A DNA stretch of 64,000 bases from an uncultured Clostridia bacterium (GCA_944332455.1 CALVJY010000001.1:77872-141871), one strand, 5' to 3'; positions 46,975 to 57,931 are shown, numbered from the stretch's first letter. Numbers and translations: made by a program. The notes: generated from the letters alone by a model not told the origin.

Positions 46975-47664
46975 TCATTCTATGGTGTATACCGGATAAT
47001 TCCGTGTTGAAACGTTACCTAAGAACTCAAATTTGGCCACGATCATTACCACCTTGCGTTCCCCACAGGGCGAAACATGAATGACCGCGCGGTCAGGCAG
47101 GACCTCCACCGCCACACTGCGCTCGTACTCGCCGTTCAGCATGGCATACGGCTCGTAGGTGATGGTGATGCCATACTCGGGAATGGAGACCGGCAGAACG
47201 GTGCCGTCTGCGTTCTCCCTGTCGATGACTACCTGCGAATAGGCAAATTCCAGAGCCTCCGAGCTCTCCATTTTTTTGACCTGCACATTTTTTTGAAAGC
47301 TCACAGTCTCGTGCTCGGGGTGCGAAAGGGTCACTGTCAGGGTGACATTGACATCCTCCAGCGTGCGGTGCACCTTGCCGTCCGAGGTCAGCGCGGCCTC
47401 GTTGGAACTTTGATAGGTAATCGTCACCCCTTCGTAACCGTCAAAAGCGGTCGGAAAGCTCACATCCGCGTCCACCTCAGCGGGCAAAGCATTAAAAACG
47501 ACCTGCCGCATGTCCAGCAAAAACCGGTCCTCCCCCGGCCCGTTGTCCCGCAGCAGAAAGTAAAGCCCCACCCCGGCCGCGATCAAAAGGACCGCGGCCA
47601 GGCAGATAATCAGAATGAGCTTCTTTTTGGAAAGTTTAGATTGCTTGTGAAAACGTACTTTCAT
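46975..47664 (-). CDS. Membrane-anchored protein with a bacterial Ig-like domain
   Basis: N-terminal TM; FPT...TITYQSSNEAALTSDGKVHR...VTLTVTL; starts 6 bp after the pilin stop. Confidence 0.7.
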   Translation of the reverse strand: MKVRFHKQSKLSKKKLILIICLAAVLLIAAGVGLYFLLRDNGPGEDRFLLDMRQVVFNALPAEVDADVSFPTAFDGYEGVTITYQSSNEAALTSDGKVHRTLEDVNVTLTVTLSHPEHETVSFQKNVQVKKMESSEALEFAYSQVVIDRENADGTVLPVSIPEYGITITYEPYAMLNGEYERSVAVEVLPDRAVIHVSPCGERKVVMIVAKFEFLGNVSTRNYPVYTIE

Positions 47665-47670
47665 GTCGTC

Positions 47671-50600
47671 TTAGGCGGCTGTCCCGAAAATTTCCTGCAT
47701 GTCACTCAAGCTCAGGAAGGTATAGTTCAAATCCGAGTAGGTGCCAGGGTGGGTGTATTGGTTGGCATTTTCCAAAGGTTTCAGATTGGAATAATCCTCC
47801 GCAACAGGTTCTCCGTCCACCGTTCCCCATGTATCAAACAGATACTGACGGAAGGTTTCGCTCTTATTGTTAAAGTAACTAAACTGGAATTCAGCTAATT
47901 TTATGGTTGCAATTTTTACTTCAACATTATTTCCTTCTCTATTTAATTGATTCCCTTCTTCGTCCTCCCAAATAAAATGGAAACCTTCCTCTTTCATTTC
48001 ATAAGTGATCCAGTCGCCGCCAAAGATACCAGAAAGACCTCCTTCCGGGAAATTAATCATTTTAGGCAACATAAGTCCAATATTAATATATTGTTGAGCC
48101 TTTAAATGTTCAGTGTCTTTTTCTAAAATCAGCCCTGAATCTCCCACAATTGCATCTGTCAACGAAGTACGAAATAGAGTTCCAAGAATATTATGGATTC
48201 CTGTTGCAATGTTTTTAGCACTGTTATAGGCTGCTTCCTTAGTTGTCCAGGAAAACAGTTTTAAATTCTTGGCATATAAATAGCAATTATGGAAATTCTG
48301 CATACCGGCCCCGCTACTACCCGGGAAATAAACTAAAGCAGTGCCATGAGCCGGCAATCCGGTACTCTCATCTAAATTGTCCGTTACAGTACGAATCCCT
48401 ACATTAATAAGATTCAAATAAGCCGGGCCGGAAGGGTTGCTCGTATCGGCAAAGTATTCAATATTGACGATCGACTTCTCAAAAAAGCTATCTACAATAT
48501 TGACTACCATCCCGTTTTTCGCGATGACCCGGAATCCTCGCAGACCACCCTCAAAATGGCTGTTGATGATGTTAGCGGAGTTGACGTTGGAAAGAACCGC
48601 CGCGCTCCTGGACCAGGCATTTTCCGAATAACTCTCGCCTTCCCGGTCGTAGGTGGTAGCTTGATCGAGTTTGGCGTGTACGTTATTCAGCATGGCCGAG
48701 GCATTGAGCCTTAAAAAGACTTTGCTGTTATTGAGGGAAGTATTGTGTAATTTTACCCCATCGATCAGATAATTATTCCCATAGACTGTCCCGCCGATGG
48801 TGATAAAAACGTCTGCAATCGTCTTTCCGCTCTTCTTGCCGAAACTTTCCACGTCATACAGCATGGCGTTCTCCACTTTCTGCTCGTCCGCCTCTGCATA
48901 GCTGTCATATACCAAATTCCCGGCAAGGCAAACGGCCGTCAGCGCCTGTCCGCTTTCGCCTTTCTGGGTGCGGAATTCCTCAGCCGAAGTCACGTTATAG
49001 GCGTCGACCGTCCGGAAGCGGATCGTATCGGAAAGGCTGCCGCTCTTCACTTGCAGGCGGTAGTATTCCCCGTCTCCGCAGACAGACAGGCCGGAAAGCA
49101 GCAGTTTGACATTGCCGGCATCGAAATTTTCGATCTCGAATTCGATATTTATGGTCACAAAGGCTCCCTCCGCCGCGGACCATTTTTCCAACTTCAAGTC
49201 GCCGGACTGAACGATGGCACTGTCGTCATTTCCCGTAACTTGCAAAATCAGGGGAATTTCGTTCTGCGTGCCGTAGACCGGCAAACTCTCCACCGCAGCC
49301 TCCGCACCATCTGTCATTTCGACCCGGTTCATGGCGCTTCCAAAATAGAGAGCGGTAAATCCGACAGTTTTCAGGCTGATCGAAGTTGTATCATCTCCAG
49401 CTTTGCTGTGCAAAGTCAACGTGACAAGATAGTTATCCGCAATGGGAGCCAGATTCGCACAAGTGACAGTGAGATCCAGAACTACCACTGCACTGGAAGT
49501 TTCCGGTGCGGTCAGCTTAAACAAATCGGCAGGATTTAACGCAGGATCCGCTTTAGCGACAGCCCCATCCGGCAACCCGTCCGCCGTCTGATACTGCCCC
49601 TTTGCCGTCTCCAGCGCAGTTGTGATCAGCTGTTTGACCTCTTCACTGCTATAACCGACATTGCACTCGACCTGAACATCAGCTAAAAAATTCAACGCAT
49701 AAGCGGCGTTATCCACATAGTGCCGATAGAGCGGATAAACCCCCATGTTTGCCGTGGTGATTCCCTCCGTCCACAGGAAAGCTTGCAGATCAGCCTCCCC
49801 TGCTTCATCTTTAGCATAATAGTTAAATTTGGCGTAGTTTTCTTTATAATTTTTGACCATCCCCTCTTCCAAAGTTCCGTCCGCAGTCTTGTAGTAATTC
49901 AGCTCCCAATCGGCCAGCATGCCGAACATTCCATAAACCGTCTCAATTTCAGCTTTGACCTCTTCGTCCAGCACGTTGACACCGTTTCCGGCGGTGTAGA
50001 CCTGTTCATAAAGTTCTTCCACCGCATCATAGATCTGATCGATGGTCGCACTCTCCACCGTGCCGAGGTTGGCTTCTTCCGAGCCGGAGACCTCTTTCAG
50101 GGTGACGGTGTTTTCGACCTTGTAGCTCTTGCCGCCGGCTGTGATCACACTGTTGTCCCCTTCGTTGATCACGGCAGGGCCCAAAATTTCAGCCACTTTT
50201 TCGATGCTTTCGTATTCGCCGGTCAGATTCAGAGTCAGATTTTCGTTGCCGTTAAAGGCTCCGCTGCCCACTTCCGTCACGCCCGCAGGCAGGGTGACCG
50301 AGGTCAGATTGCTGTCTGCAAAGGCCGAGGAACCGATCGCGGTCACGCTCTCGGGCAGGGTGATCTCGGTGACGGTAAAGCGCAGCCCGGTCACCGCGTT
50401 GGCAGCAATGGCCGAAACCGAATAGGCCTCTCCCTCCGTCGTGCGGTCGGCAAAGACCAAAATTTTGCCCTCGGTCTGGTCGGGCTGGCAGTTCAGAACA
50501 CCGTTGTTGAACACCACCACCGCATCGGAGGCCTTGGCTGTCAGCATGGAAGCATAGCCGGCGTCGACAGAGCCTTCCAGCGCGGCCAGCCCGGCGTCGA

Positions 50601-51084
50601 TCCGTGCCTTGATCTGGTCGGCGGTGTCGCTCTCGTTCGCAGTGTAAAAGGCAGCCACGGCATCAGCCAGAGGCGAGCCAGACAGATCCAACAGCAGTTT
50701 ACCGTTGAACTCCTCCAGCGTGCTGCCGTCCTCGGCAGCCGAGGCTCCGGGCACGCTCTTTTCCAGCGTGACCTCCACGGTCTCGGGATCATAGAAGAAG
50801 TGATACCCCCTCGAAGCGCTCTCCGGTACGAAGTCAAAGCCGGGCTGATCCTGGCGGATGACTTCGCGGGCCTCGGCGGCCGTAGCCGGAGCCCCGTTTT
50901 CCACCGCGTACATCTTCAGCGTGGTGGTGGCATTTCGGGCAATGGCCTGATCGTTTGCTGTCCGGGCGCTCTCGATGGCGCCGGAGAAGGTGGGGATCAG
51001 CACGGCGGCCAGAATGCCGATGACGGCGATCACCACGATGAGCTCTACCAGGGTAAAGCCGCGCTTGCTTGCTCTGTTTCTCAT
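47671..51084 (-). CDS. Giant type IV pilin-like protein (1137 aa) with BspA-type LRR and putative beta-helix adhesin region
   Basis: Prepilin site RG/FTLVELIVVIAVIGILAAVLIP; LRR ITLPESVTAIGSSAF...VTLPAGVTEVGSGAF. Confidence 0.85.
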   Translation of the reverse strand: MRNRASKRGFTLVELIVVIAVIGILAAVLIPTFSGAIESARTANDQAIARNATTTLKMYAVENGAPATAAEAREVIRQDQPGFDFVPESASRGYHFFYDPETVEVTLEKSVPGASAAEDGSTLEEFNGKLLLDLSGSPLADAVAAFYTANESDTADQIKARIDAGLAALEGSVDAGYASMLTAKASDAVVVFNNGVLNCQPDQTEGKILVFADRTTEGEAYSVSAIAANAVTGLRFTVTEITLPESVTAIGSSAFADSNLTSVTLPAGVTEVGSGAFNGNENLTLNLTGEYESIEKVAEILGPAVINEGDNSVITAGGKSYKVENTVTLKEVSGSEEANLGTVESATIDQIYDAVEELYEQVYTAGNGVNVLDEEVKAEIETVYGMFGMLADWELNYYKTADGTLEEGMVKNYKENYAKFNYYAKDEAGEADLQAFLWTEGITTANMGVYPLYRHYVDNAAYALNFLADVQVECNVGYSSEEVKQLITTALETAKGQYQTADGLPDGAVAKADPALNPADLFKLTAPETSSAVVVLDLTVTCANLAPIADNYLVTLTLHSKAGDDTTSISLKTVGFTALYFGSAMNRVEMTDGAEAAVESLPVYGTQNEIPLILQVTGNDDSAIVQSGDLKLEKWSAAEGAFVTINIEFEIENFDAGNVKLLLSGLSVCGDGEYYRLQVKSGSLSDTIRFRTVDAYNVTSAEEFRTQKGESGQALTAVCLAGNLVYDSYAEADEQKVENAMLYDVESFGKKSGKTIADVFITIGGTVYGNNYLIDGVKLHNTSLNNSKVFLRLNASAMLNNVHAKLDQATTYDREGESYSENAWSRSAAVLSNVNSANIINSHFEGGLRGFRVIAKNGMVVNIVDSFFEKSIVNIEYFADTSNPSGPAYLNLINVGIRTVTDNLDESTGLPAHGTALVYFPGSSGAGMQNFHNCYLYAKNLKLFSWTTKEAAYNSAKNIATGIHNILGTLFRTSLTDAIVGDSGLILEKDTEHLKAQQYINIGLMLPKMINFPEGGLSGIFGGDWITYEMKEEGFHFIWEDEEGNQLNREGNNVEVKIATIKLAEFQFSYFNNKSETFRQYLFDTWGTVDGEPVAEDYSNLKPLENANQYTHPGTYSDLNYTFLSLSDMQEIFGTAA

Positions 51085-51714
51085 AGGTCTTACCTCTTGT
51101 TTCTGAGGCCGCTGCCTCGTATTTTGCCTGTTTGCGGGCGGTTCTCCGGCCGTCACATGGTCGGAACGGCTTTTCTCCGTCCGGCACCTTCCGGGCCGAA
51201 ACCGTACCCCCGCATCAAACACAGCTCCCCCCTTGCCGGAGGGCGTGCTGTTTTTGTCATGAAAGGCCGCCTTTTGCGTGGTGTGTGCCGCAGCGGACGG
51301 CCTTTTTTATATGAAAACGTCCTGTGACGTCGTTTTTCCCTTTTTTTCAGAAATGTATGCTTTTTCGGAGCGGAAAAAGGCAAAAAAAATTCGCTCTGTT
51401 TTTCAGCAAAACAAAACGAATCTCTTGAAAAAAATTTTATTCTGTTTGAATTCAGTTTTCTAAAAAAGCATACCTTTATGGAACCCCTGTCGCAGGCCGG
51501 GTAACGGGATGTCCTGCAAGACAAACCTTGAGCGTCCCTGCCTGGTGCCTCAGGCGCCAAAAGCATACTTTTGGGGAGGCGGCGCACGGAAGACATGCTG
51601 CCCTCCGTCTTTTCAGTTCCGGGTTTCAGTCCTCTTTTTTAAATATGGTGTTAAAACGGGTAAATATATTTAAAAATGCCGGGAAGTATTTTCCCCGACA
51701 TTTTTCGACCTAAT

Positions 51715-51742
51715 ATTATACCACATTTCCCGGATTTGTCAA
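51715..51742 (-). promoter_or_regulatory. Sigma-A promoter ~620 nt upstream of the pilin gene
   Basis: TTGACA-16-TATAAT with extended TG. Confidence 0.75.
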
Positions 51743-51942
51743 GTCCTTTTGTAACAACTGGTAAGATTTTTGTCATGAACGGTAAAAAATTTTTCTCCGT
51801 CCCCTTCCAAAAGCGCATAACGGCCGCTTTCAGGCTCTTTCCTTGTCTTCCGGCCGGGCAGAGCGGGAAAAGCAGGATCTTGTTGTTTTTCCCGGAGTAG
51901 CCTTTTCCTGTCCCGAGTCCTTAAGGCGGCCGGCCTTCCCCT

Positions 51943-52413
51943 TCACGCCTTCGATGCCTTCCGGCGCTGTTCATGGCGGATCTCCCCGGCCTTCCACTCC
52001 GAAAAGTCCTCCTCGGTGACCAACTCCAGCCCGGGGACCTCGACCGGGCGTTCCCGCTCGTCGATGGCCACCAGCACCACGTAGGCCCGGTTGATCAGTT
52101 TCCGGCTGCCGTCCAGCCCCTCCGCAAAGGAGTCCACCCGCACCTCCATGGAGGTCCGGCCCACCCAGGTCACCCTGCCCTTTAAGATCAGGGCTTCATT
52201 GGCATAGGCTGCCGTTTTAAATTCCAGGTGATCCACGGCCGCGGTCGTGACGTTGCGGCCGCTGTGCCGCCTGGCCGTGACGGCGGCCACCACGTCGATC
52301 CAGGCCATCAGCTGGCCCCCGAACAGACGGCCGGCTCCGTTGATATGGCCGGCCATGACCACCTGGACCTGCTCGGTCTCGGAATCCGCAACTTTTTTCA
52401 GCTTTCTTTCCAT
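51943..52413 (-). CDS. Acyl-CoA thioesterase (hotdog fold)
   Basis: HINGAGRLFGGQLMAWID, VGRTSMEV. Confidence 0.9.
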   Translation of the reverse strand: MERKLKKVADSETEQVQVVMAGHINGAGRLFGGQLMAWIDVVAAVTARRHSGRNVTTAAVDHLEFKTAAYANEALILKGRVTWVGRTSMEVRVDSFAEGLDGSRKLINRAYVVLVAIDERERPVEVPGLELVTEEDFSEWKAGEIRHEQRRKASKA

Positions 52414-52638
52414 AAAACTTCTGCCTCCCGGGACCCTTTCCGGCCGGCCCCCGTTCTCCTCTGTGTTTATTGCCTTCGGACGCCGGATCTATCCGTGATC
52501 CTTTTACCCGTCAGCTCCAGACGCCTCCGGACGGGATCCGGATCCCCCGACAGCGAAAAAGCCCGGCGGCCGGATCCCGGCAGACGGGCTTTTGAGATCT
52601 GAAGTTCCGGGCCTGTCTCCGGGGCCGAAACGGCCTCC

Positions 52639-54006
52639 TTACTGCCCGTTGTTCCGGTTGTGCATCCGGCGCATGAAGGACGGGATGTTCAGATCCTCGT
52701 CGGCCCGCACCCGGGAAGAGGGGATGACCACATCGTCCTGGGCCGAACGGCTGTTCTGCGCCTGGCGGCCATAGCCCTGCTGCTGGGTCTGTCCGTACCC
52801 CTGCTGGGACTGACCATAACCCTGCTGCTGCGCCTGGCCGTAGCCCTGCTGCTGCGGCTGCTGCTGGGCGGGACGGTTGCCGTAAAGTCCCTGCTGCGGC
52901 TGAGCCTGGGTCTGCTGGCGCTGACGGTTGAAGCCGAAGATGTCCTGCGGGTTGGGCGCGGCGTTCTGCTGGGGATAGGCCTCGTACTTGCCCCCGAAGA
53001 TCTGCTCCTTGGGGTTGGGCTGGGCCTGAGCCTTCTGCTTGGCGGCCTCGTCGGCCTTGACGTCGAAGCCGGTGGCGATGATGGTGACGGCCACCTCGTC
53101 GTCCAGATCCTCCGAGATGCCGGCGCCGAAGATGATGTTGGCGTTGGGGTCCACGACCTCCTGCACCAGGCTGGCGGCCTCGTTGACCTCGTCCAGGGAC
53201 ATGTCGAACCCGCCCAGGACGTTGATGATGACCCCGGTCGCGCCCTCGATGGTGGTCTCGAGCAGGGGGCTGGAGACGGCCTGACGGACGGCGTTGATCA
53301 TGCGGTTGTCGCCCTTGGCCCGGCCGATGCCCATGTGGGCCATGCCCTTGTTCTTCATGACCGAACGCACGTCGGCGAAGTCGAGGTTGATGAGCGAGGG
53401 CTTGACGATGAGGTCGGAAATGCCCTGGATGGACTGGCGCAGCACGTCGTCGGCGATGCGGAAGGCGTCCACCATCGTGGTCCCCTTGGGCACCACCTGC
53501 AGCAGCTTGTCGTTGGGGATGATGACCAGGGTGTCCACATACTTGCGGAGGTTGGCGATGCCCGCCCTGGCGTTGGCGTCCCGGTTTTTGCCCTCGAACG
53601 AGAAGGGCCGGGTGACCACGGCCACGGTCAGGATGCCCATCTCCTTGGCGATGGAGGCCACGACGGCGGCTGCTCCGGTGCCGGTGCCGCCCCCCATGCC
53701 CGCCGTGATGAACAGAAGATCGGTCCCCCGGACGGCCTCGGTGATGGCGTCGCGGCTCTCCTCGGCGGCCTTTTCGCCGATCTCGGGATTGCCTCCGGCG
53801 CCCAGGCCCCGGGTGAGCTTGTCCCCGATCTGGATGCGGGTCTCGGCCTTGGACAGGTAGAGGGCCTGTTTGTCGGTGTTGAGCGCCACGAACTGCGCGC
53901 TCTTGATGTTGGCGTTGATCATGCGGTTGACCGCGTTGTTGCCGCCTCCGCCGATGCCCAAAACTTTGATCTGCGCAATGGCAGATACCGGTAATTCAAA
54001 GTCCAT
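52639..54006 (-). CDS. ftsZ: Cell division protein FtsZ
   Basis: [25 protein letters not shown]-terminal [10 protein letters not shown]. Confidence 0.98.
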   Translation of the reverse strand: MDFELPVSAIAQIKVLGIGGGGNNAVNRMINANIKSAQFVALNTDKQALYLSKAETRIQIGDKLTRGLGAGGNPEIGEKAAEESRDAITEAVRGTDLLFITAGMGGGTGTGAAAVVASIAKEMGILTVAVVTRPFSFEGKNRDANARAGIANLRKYVDTLVIIPNDKLLQVVPKGTTMVDAFRIADDVLRQSIQGISDLIVKPSLINLDFADVRSVMKNKGMAHMGIGRAKGDNRMINAVRQAVSSPLLETTIEGATGVIINVLGGFDMSLDEVNEAASLVQEVVDPNANIIFGAGISEDLDDEVAVTIIATGFDVKADEAAKQKAQAQPNPKEQIFGGKYEAYPQQNAAPNPQDIFGFNRQRQQTQAQPQQGLYGNRPAQQQPQQQGYGQAQQQGYGQSQQGYGQTQQQGYGRQAQNSRSAQDDVVIPSSRVRADEDLNIPSFMRRMHNRNNGQ

Positions 54007-54129
54007 AACGTTCTCCTTTGGTTGGGTTTTGGGGGTTCCTCTGTCCCCTTCTCTTATGTTTCGGAAGCCCGGTCCTGCCAAAGCTCCCCTTTCATTCTCT
54101 TACGGCCTTCCAAAAAGCCGGCGCGGGCG

Positions 54130-55314
54130 TCATTCCCCGAAAAACAGCTTGGTGATGAAATTGAATCCGCCCTTTTTGCGGGGCTCGGCCCGCTCCAGGG
54201 CGAAGTCCAAAAGCCCGTACAGCGAACTTAAGTGCGGCTTGTTGATCTGCGGCACGTTGGGCGCCACGATGTCCACCGTCTTGCCCATGACCTGCGAGAG
54301 GTACTCCCTCGCCCCCCGCATGTAGCACACCCCGCCGCCGGTCAAAGATACGGGTACGTACTCGGGGAAGGGATAGGGGCACTCGTCCAGGCACTTTTTG
54401 AAGTACAGCCCCATGTCCTCCAGCCGGCTGGAGACCACCTCGTGGACGTCCTCCGACGGGAAGGAGAGGACCTGCTCTCCGTCCTGCACCTGATAGGTGT
54501 CCTCGGGCGAGACCTTCAGGGTCAGCTCCACCTTCCGCTTCAGGCTTTCGGCCTGCGGGAAGGGCAGATGCAGGCACTCGGTCAGATCCGCCGTGATGTG
54601 GCCGCCCCCCATGGGCACGGTCTTTAAATACAGCAGTCCGTCCCCCCGCACCACGGCCAGATTGGAGGTGATGTAGCCCACGTCCAGCAGCACGGCGTAG
54701 TTTTCCCGGGACTCCCGGTCGAACAGGAAGAGGGACTCGGCCAGCACCGAGGAGACAAATTTGACGCTGCGGATCCCGATCTCGGTCAGCAGCCTGGTGA
54801 TCAGAATGATGAACTTGCGCTCGGCCAGGGTGTAGCACAGAAAGCCCGAAAGCTTGGTGGCCGACTGTCCCACCGGCGAAAGGGTGCGGTTGTTCTCGTC
54901 CAGCACAAAGTAGACCGGGGTGCGGTTAACCACCACATAGTCCCGGTTGCCCTGAAAGATGTCCCCGCTGGCATAGAGCTCGTCCACGTCGAGGTCGGTG
55001 ATCTTGCGGCGGGACCGGAAGGACAGCACGGTCTCCCGGCAGACCGAGGTGGTAAACTCCCCCGGCACCCCCACGTAGATCTCGCTGATCTGGCCCTTGA
55101 CCGATTCCTCGGCAGCCAGCACCACCTGCTCCAGCTTGCTCTTCAGCTGCCCGGGCTCCAGGAATTCGCCGTCGCAAAAGCCGTCGTATTCCGTCTCGGC
55201 CGAGCCGGAAATGACGAAGGTGTTGTTGACGCCCCGGCCCCCGATCAGGATGGAGATCCTGGAGGACCCGAAGTCCAAAACCGTCTTGTCTATCTGCTTT
55301 GCCAAATCAAGCAC
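54130..55314 (-). CDS. ftsA: Cell division protein FtsA
   Basis: LDFGSS, LDVG, GGGHITADL, AESLK, LTGGG; upstream of ftsZ. Confidence 0.9.
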   Translation of the reverse strand: MLDLAKQIDKTVLDFGSSRISILIGGRGVNNTFVISGSAETEYDGFCDGEFLEPGQLKSKLEQVVLAAEESVKGQISEIYVGVPGEFTTSVCRETVLSFRSRRKITDLDVDELYASGDIFQGNRDYVVVNRTPVYFVLDENNRTLSPVGQSATKLSGFLCYTLAERKFIILITRLLTEIGIRSVKFVSSVLAESLFLFDRESRENYAVLLDVGYITSNLAVVRGDGLLYLKTVPMGGGHITADLTECLHLPFPQAESLKRKVELTLKVSPEDTYQVQDGEQVLSFPSEDVHEVVSSRLEDMGLYFKKCLDECPYPFPEYVPVSLTGGGVCYMRGAREYLSQVMGKTVDIVAPNVPQINKPHLSSLYGLLDFALERAEPRKKGGFNFITKLFFGE

Positions 55315-55409
55315 CTCCGCATGGGAACTTCACCCCCGCCCCGGCCCGCGCCCGGGTCCGGAGAAGATCGGCGCTGAAGTCCTCTTCGAATGGTTTTTTT
55401 CTTACGTCT

Positions 55410-55438
55410 ATTATATTCATTTCGACAGGATTTGTCAA
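55410..55438 (-). promoter_or_regulatory. Sigma-A promoter of ftsAZ
   Basis: TTGACA-17-TATAAT. Confidence 0.85.
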
Positions 55439-55536
55439 ACCTTTTTGGCCCCTGAAAAAAATCCGTTTTCCCCGGCTTTTCGGGGGTTTTCCCGGAAAAC
55501 GGCGGCCGGAAAGATCTGTCGTTTGAGGGGCCCGGA

Positions 55537-56904
55537 TCAGTTCTCTTCCTCCCGCCCGGAAGCGTCCTGGTCCCCGCCGGCGGAAGGCCCGGCCTGATCC
55601 TGCCTGCCGGCCTCCCCTTCCCCGGCCGCGCCGGAGAGAGGCTGCGCGGGAGCGCCGGGAGCCGTCTGTCCCGGATAAGGCTGTCCCGATTGGCCGGCGT
55701 AGGGCTGTCCCGGTTGCCCCGCATAGGGCTGGCCCTGTGGTCCTTGCTCCTGGCCCGGTTGACCGGGTTGTCCCGGATAAGGCTGTCCCGGATAGGGGCC
55801 GAAAGCCCCGGGATAAGGCTGGCCCGGAGTACCGGGAGCGGACTGACCAGGCGCGCCGGGATAGAACGGCCCGGCTTGTCCCCCGTATGGATAGCCCGGA
55901 TAAACGGGACCGGGACCAGGTTGACCGGGTTGGCCCGCATAGGGCTGCCCCTGATAGGGGCCGAAAGCCCCGGGATACGGTTGACCCGGCCCCCCGGGAT
56001 AGGGTTGTCCCGGATAAGGATGACCGGGATAGGGCTGACCTGGACCAGGCTGTCCCGATTGCCCCGTATAGGGTTGCCCCGAGTACGGTTGTCCCGGATA
56101 GGGCGTTCCGGGATAAGGCTGGCCCGGAGCGCCGGGATAAAGCGGTCCGGCTTGTCCCCCGTTCGGATAGCCCGGTTGAATGGGACCGGGACCCGGCTGT
56201 CCGGGGTAAGGCTGACCCGGCTGGCCCGGATACGGTTGCCCCGCATAGGGTTGTCCCTGCGTTCCTTGCCCATCCGGTTGACCGGGCTGACCCGGATAGG
56301 GTTGTCCCGCATAGGGCTGCCGGCGGGCCGGAGGGTCCTTCAGTTCCCTGTTCCGGAAGGCGAACAGGAAAAAGGCATGGATGGAAAAGAGGAAGCCCAG
56401 CACCGTGAAGAGCGCCGGCGGCTGAGCGTCCAGCCGGGTGTAAAGGGTGTGGTGACAGATCAGGTTGAATACCTGATAGGGCACGATGCAGAGAGTCAGC
56501 AGGGACCCCAGCACGATCAGGAGCCACAGGACAGCCACAATGCCGTCCCACCATCTCTTAAAATCGGCATACCCGTTATCCCTGCATAATTTGTTAAAAA
56601 CGATGATACAAAAGGCCCAAATGAGCACGACGCCCACGATCTGGCAGGCCTCAAAGATCGCGGCCAGCGCGCCGTATCTCTTCTTGCCGGCCAGCTCGCC
56701 GACCAGGGCGGTCTGCCCCACCGGCACCCAGCAGAGGGTGGACTTTTTGCCGGCATGTTTGCAGATGCGGCGGAGGGCGATCCCCCGGAAGACATAGAGG
56801 ATCACCCAGAACAGCACGTCCAGCACGATCAGGCCCAAAAGTCTGCCGAGCAGACCGGGAGCCAAATCCCTCCAAAATTCATACGTTTCGTTATAATAAT
56901 ACAT
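55537..56904 (-). CDS. Multi-pass membrane protein with a long (Q/P)PYPG repeat tail
   Basis: About 4 TM helices followed by ~220 aa of GQPYPGQP-type repeats. Confidence 0.8.
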   Translation of the reverse strand: MYYYNETYEFWRDLAPGLLGRLLGLIVLDVLFWVILYVFRGIALRRICKHAGKKSTLCWVPVGQTALVGELAGKKRYGALAAIFEACQIVGVVLIWAFCIIVFNKLCRDNGYADFKRWWDGIVAVLWLLIVLGSLLTLCIVPYQVFNLICHHTLYTRLDAQPPALFTVLGFLFSIHAFFLFAFRNRELKDPPARRQPYAGQPYPGQPGQPDGQGTQGQPYAGQPYPGQPGQPYPGQPGPGPIQPGYPNGGQAGPLYPGAPGQPYPGTPYPGQPYSGQPYTGQSGQPGPGQPYPGHPYPGQPYPGGPGQPYPGAFGPYQGQPYAGQPGQPGPGPVYPGYPYGGQAGPFYPGAPGQSAPGTPGQPYPGAFGPYPGQPYPGQPGQPGQEQGPQGQPYAGQPGQPYAGQSGQPYPGQTAPGAPAQPLSGAAGEGEAGRQDQAGPSAGGDQDASGREEEN

Positions 56905-57049
56905 CAATTTTTCCTCCCCTACAGTATTCTGTGCATTTCCGGACGGCGATGTCCGTCAACGTTTCAAGTTTCAAAGGGACAGACCTCGCTTGTCCTCCCG
57001 GCCCAAGTCCTGTCACCGGGCAGTCAGCCGTCCGCCTCCGCCCCCTTCC

Positions 57050-57868
57050 TCAGCGGGAGATGGTGTAGGTCAACCGCTGATTTTCGAGGTAGATGTTGAC
57101 TTCGGAGTTGGCCCGCATGGAGGCGTCGGTCAGCTTGGTCAGATAGATGTCCCGGTAGACCAGGGCGCAGAACTCCCCGGTGTGGTCCTGATAGGACAGC
57201 AGGCGGAAGCGGGCGCCCTCCCGGGTGAGGACGTCGGCATTGGTCGGCAGGGTCAGATCCACCTCCTCCAGAAACTGCCGGTACTCGAACATGGTCATGG
57301 CCTCCTGAGCGCTCTCCCCGTCGGGCAGATGGGTGGTCTGCAGCCAGAGCTGGTACAGAAGATCGCTCTGGAAGGCATAGGAAAAGCTGACGGCCTGTCC
57401 GACCTCGCCGGAGGCCGTCCCCTCCGCCGTCCGCACCACGATGTTGTCCGCGGCGGTCTCCAGGGGCAGATTGGAGGCCGGGGAATCCGAGATCCTCAAA
57501 ATTCGGCCGTTCCGGTCGGTGTGCAGAAAGACTTCCCCCGACTGCACGGCGTAAACTTCGTAGCGCTCGGCCACGTGGACCACCACCCGGGAGGGAAAGA
57601 CCCGCTCGACGCGCAGCACTTCGGCGTAGGGGTAAGCCTCCTCCAGCCGGTCGGCGATCTCGGTCTCGTTCAGGGCCAGGATGTTCCGGCCCCGAAGGTC
57701 CTCCAGGCTCTCCTCCATCTGGGTGGACTTCAGTTCAAAGGCCGCGTTGGACAGCCGCACCTCGATGTGCTGCACCGAAAACAGCACCCCCGAGAGCACG
57801 GCCAGGGCGGCCACCCCCACCAGCACGCAAAAGAGGATGAGGATCTTTTTGTTCTTTAAAATCTGCAT
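57050..57868 (-). CDS. ftsQ: Cell division protein FtsQ/DivIB
   Basis: TM, POTRA domain (FSVQHIEV...VERVFPSRVVVHVAER); dcw position. Confidence 0.85.
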   Translation of the reverse strand: MQILKNKKILILFCVLVGVAALAVLSGVLFSVQHIEVRLSNAAFELKSTQMEESLEDLRGRNILALNETEIADRLEEAYPYAEVLRVERVFPSRVVVHVAERYEVYAVQSGEVFLHTDRNGRILRISDSPASNLPLETAADNIVVRTAEGTASGEVGQAVSFSYAFQSDLLYQLWLQTTHLPDGESAQEAMTMFEYRQFLEEVDLTLPTNADVLTREGARFRLLSYQDHTGEFCALVYRDIYLTKLTDASMRANSEVNIYLENQRLTYTISR

Positions 57869-57931
57869 AATACCTCCGACGCGGCCGCAGCCGCAGGTTG
57901 GTCAGGGACTCGCTTGAAGGCCGCCGGGCGG

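Noticed and set aside
49709-49717. Perfect DnaA box TTATCCACA
   Set aside because: Single copy inside the pilin CDS, 33 kb from dnaA; compatible with chance.
51480-51635. c-di-AMP (ydaO) riboswitch upstream of the pilin
   Set aside because: Partial words (ctgaa, acggagg, ttttgg, tcccg..acccg) are present, but the GGAACC, GGGGUUAAUC and CAGCUAAC cores are absent; kept only as an unknown leader.
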